Source: an uncultured Chloroflexia bacterium (GTDB lineage: Bacteria > Chloroflexota > Anaerolineae > Anaerolineales > Anaerolineaceae). From it: 32,000 nucleotides of DNA. This document shows positions 1 through 8,843 of this stretch, one piece after another (position 1 is the first letter of the stretch; every line of letters begins with the position of its first letter). The stretch covers positions 4,680,001 to 4,712,000 of the forward strand of contig OY969938.1 of assembly GCA_963704755.1 (NCBI GenBank), read 5' to 3'. The notes beneath the pieces are model-generated. The model saw only the letters and a list, made by a program, of their open reading frames with translations, ran no database searches and had not been told where the DNA came from. Position numbers and translations under genes: made by a program.

Positions 1-47
1 GTACAGGGCAATCGCATCATGCCAATTTAGCCCCAACAGAGAGATAA

Positions 48-92
48 TTTTGAGTGTTATTGTGGGGCGTAGCCCCACAATAACACTCAAAA
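48..92. repeat. Perfect palindromic hairpin element, copy 1 (21-bp stem, 3-nt loop)
   Basis: 48-68 ttttgagtgttattgtggggc is the exact reverse complement of 72-92 gccccacaataacactcaaaa. It is intergenic. Its core resembles the hairpins at 1159-1213 and 25043-25097. Confidence 0.85.
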
Positions 93-366
93 ACCCATTC
101 ATTGGGGAATTGCCCTCGAAAAGCAGGCAGGTTGCAATCGCCTTGCTGGTTTGTAGGGACCTCGAATTTGGGATGTTTGCGGACCTTTGCCCGTGCAAAC
201 ATTAAAAATTCGCGCTATTTTTCGATGGTCTGCGTAGTTTACTTTTCTTCCTCGTTAGCCTCAATGGAACATTCATGATAAGGCCCGCAGGGGTAATCGC
301 GGGCAGCCCCCTAAAAGGTAAATCCTCACGACGACGGAGATCAAATCCGCCATGGGATGAGTGGGC

Positions 367-1032
367 TTAGAAAGTAATTTCTTCTTTCCCCGCTAACTTG
401 TCCTGGATCCGCTGGACGACACTATCCAGGTGCTGCGGCTGGTGGACGAAATCTAGGTCGTCGGTGTGAATGGTTAGCACCGGGCACAGGTCGAAAGTTT
501 GCATCCAATCTTCGTAATATGAATCCAACAGTTGCAAATAGTCGGCCGAAATGTTGTTTTCGATCTCGCGTCCACGCTGCTGGATGCGATCGAGCAGCAC
601 CGATACGGGTGCTTTTAAGTAGATCAGCAGCGAGGGCGGGGGCAGGGTTTTGATCACCAACTCGAACAGGCTGCGGTAGGTCACAAAATCTCGTTCGGAG
701 ATGTTGCCTAAATGGTTGAGCGCTCGAGCGAAAATAGCGGCGTCTTCATAAATACTGCGATCGATGATCGCTGAACGCGGATCTTCCCACATTTCCAGGT
801 GCTGGTTGGCGCGATGACTGAGAAAGTAAACCTGCAAATGAAACGACCAGACCTGCATGTTGGCGTAGAAATCCGGCAAATAGGGGTTATCCACTACGGA
901 CTCATAGGCAGTACGCCAGCCCAAACGTGAGCCAATCCGTTCGGTGAGTGAGGTTTTACCAGAGCCGATGTTTCCGGCGACCAGGATCAATCGTTTGGGC
1001 ATTTTTGTTCCTCTTGAAGGTGATGTGGGCAC
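367..1032 (-). CDS. Deoxynucleoside kinase (dAK/dGK/dCK family)
   Basis: 221-aa ORF with P-loop GNIGSGKTS near the N-terminus, DRS motif (IIDRSIYED) and Arg-rich lid (IQQRGREIE). Length is typical of the dNK family. Confidence 0.85.
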   Translation of the reverse strand: MPTSPSRGTKMPKRLILVAGNIGSGKTSLTERIGSRLGWRTAYESVVDNPYLPDFYANMQVWSFHLQVYFLSHRANQHLEMWEDPRSAIIDRSIYEDAAIFARALNHLGNISERDFVTYRSLFELVIKTLPPPSLLIYLKAPVSVLLDRIQQRGREIENNISADYLQLLDSYYEDWMQTFDLCPVLTIHTDDLDFVHQPQHLDSVVQRIQDKLAGKEEITF

Positions 1033-1158
1033 GGGTACTGTAGGATTCCTGTTCTCAGCCCGATTTTACCCCCGAAAGGGTTTAAATTAACAGATCGATT
1101 GGGCCATTTGGGATGGTTAAAAAAAAATTTGTAACTGCACAGCCTAACAAGGAAGAAA

Positions 1159-1235
1159 TCCGGGATTGAGGTGTATGCGGGGGCTTCACCTCCGCATACA
1201 CCTCAATCCCGGAGACATTTTAACAGAGGCCTGAG
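1159..1235. repeat. Palindromic hairpin element, copy 2 (22-bp stem 1159-1180/1192-1213) plus conserved 18-nt flanking box (1218-1235)
   Basis: tccgggattgaggtgtatgcgg and ccgcatacacctcaatcccgga are exact reverse complements. The box ttttaacagaggcctgag is the reverse complement (17/18) of ctcaggcccctgttaaaa, which lies 4 nt from the hairpin at 25043. Confidence 0.85.
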
Positions 1236-1488
1236 TAGTTACTAAAACTTGATAATCGGGCAGGAAATTTCAAATCGTGGTTGCCAGGAGATAATCAATG
1301 GATTGCGTATCTTTTGTAGATCCACCAGGGTTATTAAAGGAAGCGAGGGTGATCCTGCAATGGGATGCGCTTGATTTACACTCGTGATGTCTATATTGTC
1401 AAACATGTGATAAACTTGCAAATGGATAACCCAATCCTGATTTTTATAAAAAACTCCCCCGAAAACCTAAATTTATCCGAGGTGAAAT

Positions 1489-2844
1489 ATGGAACTTGCT
1501 CTTGAAAAGGCGAAAGGGCGTGCCCGCCGCAAGAGGATCCCTGCTACTCGCCGAGAGCGATGGGCCTGGTATTTGTATGATTTTGGCAACTCTGCGTATG
1601 CAGCGGTTGTCCTGTTGGCGGTGTACTCCGCTTACTTCAAGGGGCAGGTAGTTGGCGGCTCGGAAGGGACGCGGTTATGGGGTATTTCGGTGGGGATTGC
1701 CATGTTGGTGGTGGCCGTTTTATCTCCGATCCTGGGTGCTCTCTCTGATTTTGCGGGTTCGAAGAAAAAATTTCTTTTCTTCTTTACGGGTCTATCGATC
1801 GTCTTCACGGCGGCATTGTTTTTCGTCAAGCCCGGTGACATCTTTACCGGGATGCTCTTTTTCATCCTGGCGGAGATCGGTTATCGCGCTGCGCAGGTGT
1901 TCTATAACGCGCTGCTGCCGGAAATTACGACTCCCGAAGATATCGGCAAGGTTTCAGGGAATGGTTGGGCTATTGGCTCCTTCGGCGGGATTATTTGCCT
2001 GTTAATTGTGCTGGCTTTGATCATGTTTATTGGCGGGAATTTCGTTCTGCGCCTTTCCTTCCTGATCACGGCGGCTTTCTTCTTCCTGTCCACACTGCCA
2101 ACAGTCTTGTGGCTGCGTGAACGGGCCGAACCGCAACCTCTGGAAACCGGTTCATCCTACCTGAAAGTCGCAATGACCCGCCTGGGTGTGACATTCAAGG
2201 CGGTCAAAAGCTACAAGGAATACCTCAAATTTATCGTTTCATTCCTGGTCTATAACGATGGCATCATGATGGCCCTGGATTTCGCGGCGATTATTGGCGC
2301 GACATTGTTCAATATGACCCAGACCCAACTGATTATCTTTATGATCATCGTGCAGATCACCAGCGTCGGTGGGGCGTATCTCTTTGGCATCCTGGCGGAT
2401 CGCTGGAAGAGCAAGAATTCGCTGGTTATTTCACTGGTCATGATGATCGGAGTAATCCTCTGGATGTTGTTCGTCAATAACCTGACTGTTTTCTTCATCA
2501 TCGGCGGTTTGGCTGGTTTTGCCCTGACAGGTGTCCAGTCGGTCAGCCGGACGATGGTTGGCCAGTATGCGCCGGAAGGAAAAAGCGCTGAATTCTACGG
2601 CTTCTTCGAGGTTGGCGGGCGTACTTCTTCCTTTATTGGACCAACCGTTTATGGGTTCATCGCCGCCGAAGCTGCCCTGATTTACGGTAATCGTGGGATT
2701 AGCACCATCACCGCCGAGCAGATGGGTATTCGTGTTGCGATTATTTCGATTGCAATTTTCCTCGTGGTAGGTTTGATTGTCCTCCTGTCGGTAAAACAGC
2801 CGGAAAATCAAGGGGAGCCTCTAGAGGAAGTGGCAGCCGATTAA
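1489..2844 (+). CDS. MFS transporter, UMF1/Atg22-like family
   Basis: 451-aa ORF, GAGGTG RBS 6 nt upstream, about 12 hydrophobic helices. The N-terminal WAWYLYDFGNSAY signature is characteristic of UMF1-family MFS proteins. Confidence 0.8.
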   Translation: MELALEKAKGRARRKRIPATRRERWAWYLYDFGNSAYAAVVLLAVYSAYFKGQVVGGSEGTRLWGISVGIAMLVVAVLSPILGALSDFAGSKKKFLFFFTGLSIVFTAALFFVKPGDIFTGMLFFILAEIGYRAAQVFYNALLPEITTPEDIGKVSGNGWAIGSFGGIICLLIVLALIMFIGGNFVLRLSFLITAAFFFLSTLPTVLWLRERAEPQPLETGSSYLKVAMTRLGVTFKAVKSYKEYLKFIVSFLVYNDGIMMALDFAAIIGATLFNMTQTQLIIFMIIVQITSVGGAYLFGILADRWKSKNSLVISLVMMIGVILWMLFVNNLTVFFIIGGLAGFALTGVQSVSRTMVGQYAPEGKSAEFYGFFEVGGRTSSFIGPTVYGFIAAEAALIYGNRGISTITAEQMGIRVAIISIAIFLVVGLIVLLSVKQPENQGEPLEEVAAD

Positions 2845-2861
2845 CGAATTCCAGGGCACAG

Positions 2862-3602
2862 ATGGTCGAAAAAGACAATCCAATTGCATATCCACGCAGG
2901 CGCATCATCCGAAGGGTGCTGCGCCAGTTGATTCGCGGCGCATTCGGCGCAATAACCGAGTTCGCCACCCTCGGGACAGAAAATTTACCCAAGGAAGGGC
3001 CATTGCTGGTAGTGGGTAACCATTTCTCTTTCCTCGACCCGGTGGCCGTCATAGGAGCCGTCCCTTATCCGATCGAATATATCGGCGGGACGCAAATGCC
3101 CAACGCCCCCAAGGCAGTTTCCTGGATCTCGCGTGTCTACGGTGTACTGCCGGTCTATCGCGGCTCGGTCTCGCGGGAAGCCCTGTTTGCCTCCCGCAAA
3201 GTGCTGCGCCAAAAAGGCGTTCTAGGCATCTTCCCCGAAGCCGGGAGCTGGGCAGCGGTTTTACGCCCGGCCCGCCCGGGGGCGGCTTACCTGGCCAGTT
3301 GCACCCAGGCACAAATCCTGCCGGTTGGCCTGGATGGGTTTGTAGACGTTTTTCCGATGCTGCGCAAAGGCAAAAAAGCCAGGGTGACTATCCGGTTCGG
3401 CAAGCCTTTCGGCCCGCTGTTCGTTTCGGAGCGGGGTGAAACGGACCGGCGCAAACTGGCCGAGATCGGCCAGGAAATCATGCAGCATATTGCCGATCTC
3501 ATCCCACCTGAGCGGCGCGGCCATTTTTCGGATGACCCCAAGGTTCGTGAAGCTGCCCTTGGGACCGAGATCTATCCCTGGGATGGAAACCCCGAAAAAT
3601 AG
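2862..3602 (+). CDS. plsC: 1-acyl-sn-glycerol-3-phosphate acyltransferase-like (LPLAT/PlsC family)
   Basis: 246-aa ORF with HX4D acyltransferase motif (NHFSFLD) and a second block, IFPEAGS. It starts 17 nt after the MFS gene. Confidence 0.8.
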   Translation: MVEKDNPIAYPRRRIIRRVLRQLIRGAFGAITEFATLGTENLPKEGPLLVVGNHFSFLDPVAVIGAVPYPIEYIGGTQMPNAPKAVSWISRVYGVLPVYRGSVSREALFASRKVLRQKGVLGIFPEAGSWAAVLRPARPGAAYLASCTQAQILPVGLDGFVDVFPMLRKGKKARVTIRFGKPFGPLFVSERGETDRRKLAEIGQEIMQHIADLIPPERRGHFSDDPKVREAALGTEIYPWDGNPEK

Positions 3603-3634
3603 GTTCCTGATTTTCGGTATAACTTAAAAAGTTT

Positions 3635-3711
3635 AAAGTTCCCAGATGTGAGATATGGGCGGCTGTTTTATTCCCGCAAATGCCTCACACCCGGGAACTT
3701 TTTGGTTTATT
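3635..3711. terminator. Candidate structured terminator between convergent plsC and acyP
   Basis: aaagttccc (3635-3643) pairs with gggaacttt (3693-3701). Nested inner stems are gtgag/ctcac and gcgg/ccgc, followed by a ttggtttatt T-rich tail. The loop is long, so this is not a canonical intrinsic terminator. Confidence 0.3.
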
Positions 3712-4000
3712 CGGTGTGGCGGACTTCGAAACGCACAAATTCATCCTGGAAGGGCTGCCATTCCAGGATCACGTCGCTGACGAAGGCGGAAGGCGGACCG
3801 GCGTGGAGGATGTCCAGCAGGGCCATCAAGGTGGTCCGCGGGCCTTCGGCAGTCACTTCGACTTCGCCCTGCCAGGTGTTACGCACCCAACCCGATAACT
3901 GCATTGCGCGGGCATTTTCGAGAACGAACATGCGAAAGCCAACCCCCTGGACACGCCCGCTGACCAGCGCGTGCATACGAGCCGATTCAGCGGTAGGCAT
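3707..4000 (-). CDS. acyP: Acylphosphatase
   Basis: 97-aa ORF carrying the acylphosphatase signature VSGRVQGVGFR and GWVRN...G.VE. It overlaps the upstream peptidase gene by 14 nt. Confidence 0.9.
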   Translation of the reverse strand: MPTAESARMHALVSGRVQGVGFRMFVLENARAMQLSGWVRNTWQGEVEVTAEGPRTTLMALLDILHAGPPSAFVSDVILEWQPFQDEFVRFEVRHTE

Positions 4001-5198
4001 GGGATTTTTCCTTCCGGATCTGCTTGCGGCGCAAAAATGGAATCAAGGATATGCCGATCGAAAGAAAGATCAGCAGGGCAATCACCAGGTATGGGGCGAT
4101 GTTTTGCACGGCAACCAGCCCGACGTTACGGCCTAATTCCTCCTGCTGCCAGCGGGTTTCTGCCTGGGCAATAGTTTGACCAAAAACTGCCTTGAAACCT
4201 TCTTCACACCCTAACCCATCTTTATACCGGTCCATCAAAGAAAGTAATCCCGAGCTGCCATAGTTGGTGTATAAGTAGCGCACGAACGATGCCGATTGCG
4301 CATAGGCAAGAACCGCCCCGGAAAGATCCTTGGGAAATGGACCACACAGGCTGGAGATGGGCAAGAGCGAGTTGTTGCTGTTGGCATTGTCCAGGGCCCG
4401 TTGATAATCCTGGTTCGGGTAGAGCTCCTCGTAGGTGGCCATGCCTTCGATCAGCCAGGTGGGCATTTGCGTGTAGCTTTCACCGGTGTACTGGTACTGC
4501 AAAATATGGGTTAACTCGTGGGGCAGCAGCCGTTCCATGTCGGCCTGTTGGTCGGGGCCAGGCTGGATGGCCACCAGGATCACACCCAGGTCGGGGCTGG
4601 AATAGCCGCCTGCCCAGGGAGTATTGGTCAGTTGAAAAGCGGATTGCAAATCCTGCGCAGAAGAATAAACATAAATCCGTAAAGGTGTGGGCGGATCGAC
4701 CGGCAAGGCGGCTTTGATCGCGGCCAGCGAATCATTGGCTGTGTTGACCACTTCCTGGCCAAACTGGACATCCCCGTCGATCCAGGCCACCTGAATCCCG
4801 CCCTGGGACAGGCGCTGCCAGTCAAAGCGGTTATCTTCATAAAAGAACGTCCAGCTTGGGCTGGTAAAGCTCTGCCCGCCGGCGAAAGCCAACTGGTACC
4901 AGTAAGTGATTTGCCCAAATGGTCGCAGGGGGTTCTCGGCCAGGTTATATATTTCGTCGATCTGGTCCTTGACGGCGCCTTGGATCGGAATTACCCGGGT
5001 ATCCTGGCCAGGGGGTTGGACAAACAAAGATGCGCTGGAAATTGGCAGATCAGATTGGATACCGGCAGAAAACTCGATCGATTCTCCAAAGATCACCTGG
5101 GGGTCAGCGGGAGCGATTTCGGTTGACCCTTGTTGCGGTTGGAGCGAAGGATTGAGCAGAAACGGTAAGATCGCCAGGATTAGGATGGTTAAGTGCAA
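3987..5198 (-). CDS. Membrane-anchored gluzincin metallopeptidase (Peptidase_MA-like)
   Basis: 403-aa ORF with an N-terminal hydrophobic signal/anchor and a C-terminal TM helix followed by a basic tail. HELTH zinc motif is followed by WLIEGMATY (third-ligand Glu), as in MA-clan peptidases. Confidence 0.7.
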   Translation of the reverse strand: MHLTILILAILPFLLNPSLQPQQGSTEIAPADPQVIFGESIEFSAGIQSDLPISSASLFVQPPGQDTRVIPIQGAVKDQIDEIYNLAENPLRPFGQITYWYQLAFAGGQSFTSPSWTFFYEDNRFDWQRLSQGGIQVAWIDGDVQFGQEVVNTANDSLAAIKAALPVDPPTPLRIYVYSSAQDLQSAFQLTNTPWAGGYSSPDLGVILVAIQPGPDQQADMERLLPHELTHILQYQYTGESYTQMPTWLIEGMATYEELYPNQDYQRALDNANSNNSLLPISSLCGPFPKDLSGAVLAYAQSASFVRYLYTNYGSSGLLSLMDRYKDGLGCEEGFKAVFGQTIAQAETRWQQEELGRNVGLVAVQNIAPYLVIALLIFLSIGISLIPFLRRKQIRKEKSHAYR

Positions 5199-5222
5199 AA
5201 GATTCCCCCCGCGGGTTAAGAA

Positions 5223-6281
5223 TCAATCATCCGGCTGGTTGAGATCATCGTCTTCGTTTTCGCTTTTGCCTTCATTATCTTCTTCCAGATCGATGACATC
5301 TTCCAGGTCGTCCTCGCTCTTCAGGTCGAAATCGAACATATTGAAGGGTTCGAAACCCTCGGTGAAAAAGAGGTTATCGATAGCGTTATTGATCAGTTCG
5401 GCTTCGTCATCATCCTCGATGGATTCCGCCAGGTTTTCTAGCGTTTCGCGGACGTCCTCTCCACCGATTTGGGATAGGGACCAGATCACGGCCATACGCA
5501 GATCCGAATCATCGATGCCCTCGTTGAGCATCTCCAGCAGTGGGCCACGGGCGATGCTGGCGGATAACTCACCGGCAGCCCGGACCGCTTCGAATTTGAC
5601 GTCGCTATCCGGATGGTCCAGTGATTCGACTACCCGTGGAGCATATATCTCTTCGGCAGACCGTCCCATGGCAAACAGGGCGCTGCTGATCCACTGGGGG
5701 TCATCGGTATTGTAGGCTTTGTCGATCCACGGTTTGACCTCCGGGATCGAAGAAAATCCCAGGGCTTCGAGCGCGCGCCGGCGTACGATTGGCTGATCGT
5801 CACCGCCCAATACTTTCAGCAATGCCTTTTCGATGGTGTGCAACTGGGCTTCGTCAAATTCTTCAACCTCACCTTCATAGACAAAGTGAGCCAGCGCTGA
5901 AGCGGCATTGGCACGGACGAATTCATCCGGATCCTTCTCCATCATCTCGATAAAGCGCGGAGCCAGCGAGTTCTTATCCGTCTGCCAGAGCATCCCCAGG
6001 GCTTTCTGGCGTACGCGCGGGTTGCTGTCATCCAGGGCCAATTCGCAAAATTCGTCGAAAAGCATCAAAGTATCGGCTTCGGACAGGGTTTCCAGGTCTT
6101 CGAGCAGCGCTACCCGGCGCTCTTCAGTCACTTTGGGCCAAACGGGTTTTAATTTACGCAGTTCCGCCGGGTTAAGGTCAGAAAACCGGTGTAGGTAGGT
6201 CGCAGGAAAGGTTTTGGTCTCATCCTGCAAGGCAGCGATTACGGCATCAAAACTGACAGTTTTTTGAGGGGTCTCATTCAT
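5223..6281 (-). CDS. HEAT-repeat protein with strongly acidic C-terminal tail
   Basis: 352-aa ORF with repeated helical units of the type D..VR..A..ALG (for example DSNPRVRQKALGML, DPDEFVRANAASALA, DQPIVRRRALEALG, DSDVKFEAVRAAGEL). The last 60 aa or so are rich in D/E. Confidence 0.7.
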   Translation of the reverse strand: MNETPQKTVSFDAVIAALQDETKTFPATYLHRFSDLNPAELRKLKPVWPKVTEERRVALLEDLETLSEADTLMLFDEFCELALDDSNPRVRQKALGMLWQTDKNSLAPRFIEMMEKDPDEFVRANAASALAHFVYEGEVEEFDEAQLHTIEKALLKVLGGDDQPIVRRRALEALGFSSIPEVKPWIDKAYNTDDPQWISSALFAMGRSAEEIYAPRVVESLDHPDSDVKFEAVRAAGELSASIARGPLLEMLNEGIDDSDLRMAVIWSLSQIGGEDVRETLENLAESIEDDDEAELINNAIDNLFFTEGFEPFNMFDFDLKSEDDLEDVIDLEEDNEGKSENEDDDLNQPDD

Positions 6282-6293
6282 TCCAGGGTCTCT

Positions 6294-7388
6294 TTAGGGC
6301 AGCTTGATCGGGTTGATGATGTCTTGAGCGGTAACAAAGAACATCAAAACGAGCAATGCAATAAATCCAATCATGTGAACCAGGTTCTCGTACCTGGCAG
6401 GGATTCTTTTGTGAACGATAAGTTCAGGCAAGATGAACAGGATCCGGCCGCCGTCCAGGGCTGGGATAGGCAGTAAGTTCGTCAGTCCAAGCGCGATGGT
6501 GACAGCGATCATCAATTGCAAGGTCAGCAGATGGCCGGCAGGGTTGCTGGTGCTGGTGGATGAAGGTGTAGCTGTGTCGCTTTGGCGGGCCTGTGAGAAC
6601 ATATCGTACATACCGACCGGCCCAACTACTCGCGCATCTTGTCCTGAAATCTGGCCACTGATCAACTTACCCGGCATTTCCAAAGTCAGTTTGATTTGAT
6701 CGTAAGTGGACTGAAACGCCAGCGGGACGGTATCTACCCAGGGGCGGCTGACGATGGGGTTGGACATGCCAATCCCCAGGGCACCCTGGTCGGCAGGCGG
6801 GTTGACACGGGGCACGGTATTGACCGCTATAGTCTGGTCGCCGCGTTTTACCTGGATGGTGATCTGGTTACCCTTGTTTTCCTGAACGATGTTAACCAGC
6901 GTATCGGTATTATCGATTGGGGTCTGGTTGACCTGGGTGATCAGATCACCCACTTGTAAACCTGCCTGCGAGGCCGGCGAATCGGAAGCAACCTGGGTAA
7001 TGACCACTTTGCTGGCATCCGGTACACCAATGTTGGTAAAGAGAAAAACGAATAAGATCACGCCTGCCAGCAAATTCATAAACGGACCGGCCAGCAAAAC
7101 AGCGATACGCGCCCAGGGGGTTGCCTGTCCAAATCCGCCGGGAACAGCCGGGTCGGTTTCGCCGGACATGCGTACGAACGCACCGAACGGGATCCAGTTC
7201 AGGGTGACTTCGGTCTCACGAAAGTTGAACAACTTAACCAGACGCGGTGGATATCCAAAGCCGAATTCCTCTACTTTGATGCCTAATGATTTGGCAACGA
7301 TAAAGTGGCCGAACTCGTGGATAAAAAGCATTACCCCGAAAAACAGGATAAACTCGATTAGCGTTATGATATTCACTGAAAGCTCCAA
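6294..7388 (-). CDS. rseP: RIP site-2 metalloprotease, M50 family (RseP-like) with PDZ domain
   Basis: 364-aa ORF with HEFGHFIVA (HExxH in TM1), a central PDZ-like segment (SPASQAGLQVGDLI) and the C-terminal NLLPIPALDGGRI motif. Confidence 0.9.
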   Translation of the reverse strand: MELSVNIITLIEFILFFGVMLFIHEFGHFIVAKSLGIKVEEFGFGYPPRLVKLFNFRETEVTLNWIPFGAFVRMSGETDPAVPGGFGQATPWARIAVLLAGPFMNLLAGVILFVFLFTNIGVPDASKVVITQVASDSPASQAGLQVGDLITQVNQTPIDNTDTLVNIVQENKGNQITIQVKRGDQTIAVNTVPRVNPPADQGALGIGMSNPIVSRPWVDTVPLAFQSTYDQIKLTLEMPGKLISGQISGQDARVVGPVGMYDMFSQARQSDTATPSSTSTSNPAGHLLTLQLMIAVTIALGLTNLLPIPALDGGRILFILPELIVHKRIPARYENLVHMIGFIALLVLMFFVTAQDIINPIKLP

Positions 7389-7558
7389 AGGTCGAACAAT
7401 TATAATCGGCCTGCCCGACGATTTTTCCCATTACGATTTTATCGGGTCAGATTACTAATTTATGGAAATGCTTTGAGTCTGCACTTTGGCGGCTATTTCG
7501 CCTAACTCCGGACCCAAAACAACCAAACCGAATTTCACTATTTATTGTACCCACCTTG

Positions 7559-7587
7559 ATTATATCTTGATTAAAATCCGGTTGCAA
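7559..7587 (-). promoter_or_regulatory. Sigma-70-like promoter for the rseP operon
   Basis: Read on the minus strand: TTGCAA (7587-7582), 17-nt spacer, TATAAT (7564-7559). It lies about 170 nt upstream of the rseP start and just downstream of the mvaD stop. Confidence 0.45.
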
Positions 7588-7606
7588 AAGCCAGGCGAAA
7601 ATAAAA

Positions 7607-8575
7607 TCAAACCAGCCGGGCCGGGCCGGCCGGTGTGGTCTCCAGGATTTGAAGTACGCCAGGTATCTCGCTTACCAGCTTGCGTACAGCCGGGAGGGCC
7701 GACAACAGGCAGAGCAAATGCACATTCGGGCCGGCATCCAGGGTGTAGCAGACCGGGATATTGTTGTGCCGCCAGTGGGCAACTTGCTTGATAATCGCCA
7801 GCGATGCCGGCTCCCAATAGAATAGCGCCGGGGTAGATGTCATCATTACCGCGTGCATCAAATTGCTGTCCACCTCGACAATTTGGGCAAATGATTCAAA
7901 GTCGCGCTCCAGGATCGCTTTACGGCAAATTCCCAGGCGACGGGGCGTATCGGCCACGCGGGCAGGCTGGATGGGGCTGCTCCCGGCCAGGCGATGCCCG
8001 TCCGTCGAACCGGTTTTTTTGGGCTCGGCGGCAACCACGGCCACACAATCGGCCAGCTCCCAATGGTCAGCCTGGGCGATGCTGGAGGCGAAAGAGCTAT
8101 CGTCGGAGCTGCCGGGCAGCCATTCGACAAAGCCGCCCGGCACCGAGCGGCAGGCAGACCCGGAACCGCGGCGGGCCAGAGCGGAAAGCTGCCGTTCGCC
8201 CAGGTCCAGGCCGGCGGCTTTAGAGGCGGCCAGGGCCAGTGCGGCAAATGCTGCTGCTGAAGAGGCAATGCCAGCGCCCGTAGGAAAATTGTTGACCGAA
8301 TTGACCTGGGCGAAGGCTTTCAGACCGGCCAAATCGCGTACCAGATCCAGGAAGGCCGCGACCCGCGACCGGGCCTCGTCACCGGCCTCCACGCCGTTCA
8401 GAATCAGCCCATCGAATGAGGTGCTCTCGGAAAACGTGACGGTGGTGCGCGTTTCCAACCCGGCCAGGTTCATGGAAATCGAGCCGTTGGCCGGCAGGCG
8501 TAAGTGATCGTCGCGGTTGCCCCAATATTTGATGAATGCGATGTTAGGGTGAGCAACAGCAGTGGCGGTTGGCAC
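7607..8575 (-). CDS. mvaD: Diphosphomevalonate (or phosphomevalonate) decarboxylase, GHMP-kinase fold
   Basis: 322-aa ORF with a GTG start. Motifs are AHPNIAFIKYWGNRD, GLASS-type GIASSAAAFAALA and GSGSACRS, as in mevalonate-pathway decarboxylases. Confidence 0.85.
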   Translation of the reverse strand: MPTATAVAHPNIAFIKYWGNRDDHLRLPANGSISMNLAGLETRTTVTFSESTSFDGLILNGVEAGDEARSRVAAFLDLVRDLAGLKAFAQVNSVNNFPTGAGIASSAAAFAALALAASKAAGLDLGERQLSALARRGSGSACRSVPGGFVEWLPGSSDDSSFASSIAQADHWELADCVAVVAAEPKKTGSTDGHRLAGSSPIQPARVADTPRRLGICRKAILERDFESFAQIVEVDSNLMHAVMMTSTPALFYWEPASLAIIKQVAHWRHNNIPVCYTLDAGPNVHLLCLLSALPAVRKLVSEIPGVLQILETTPAGPARLV

Positions 8576-8843
8576 TAGGTTTTGATCCTTGTCATGGATA
8601 AAGCTTTTCGAGCAGCATCGAGGTTATCGCCGGGGGAGAATGCTTTACACGAATTATATTGGCCGGCAAACTGATTTTATTTTAAGGAAATATCCCCTTT
8701 AAAGAAGGCTCTTCCTGCGCGACCCAAGGTAGCTGCAGTCCATAATTATAGCAAAAATAACGGGGGTCCCTGGAATAAGAACACCTTTTGATCATTCCCC
8801 AAACGGAAAGTGAATGTGGATTAATGGGTCAAGAATTGCTTCG

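Noticed and set aside
1-30. Possible 3' tail of a plus-strand gene ending at TAG 28-30
   Set aside because: Only 9 codons are visible, so it cannot be supported from this window.
17-202. 61-aa minus-strand ORF from the track
   Set aside because: It is translated straight through the perfect palindrome at 48-92 (…ECYCGATPHNNTQN…). It has no RBS and no recognisable family, so it is most likely non-coding.
3648-4174. Plus-strand ORFs 3648-4136, 3680-3898 and 3971-4174
   Set aside because: They are antisense to acyP and the end of the peptidase gene, with no motifs. The acylphosphatase signature on the minus strand explains the region.
4906-5715. 269-aa Ser-rich plus-strand ORF
   Set aside because: It is antisense to the well-supported gluzincin and HEAT-repeat genes. 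Its low-complexity Ser/Arg composition is typical of a shadow frame.
7837-8507. Several ORFs (7837-8223, 7863-8507, 7858-8268, 7994-8260) overlapping mvaD
   Set aside because: These are Arg/Pro/Ala-rich shadow frames of a GC-rich gene whose minus-strand frame has clear GHMP decarboxylase motifs.
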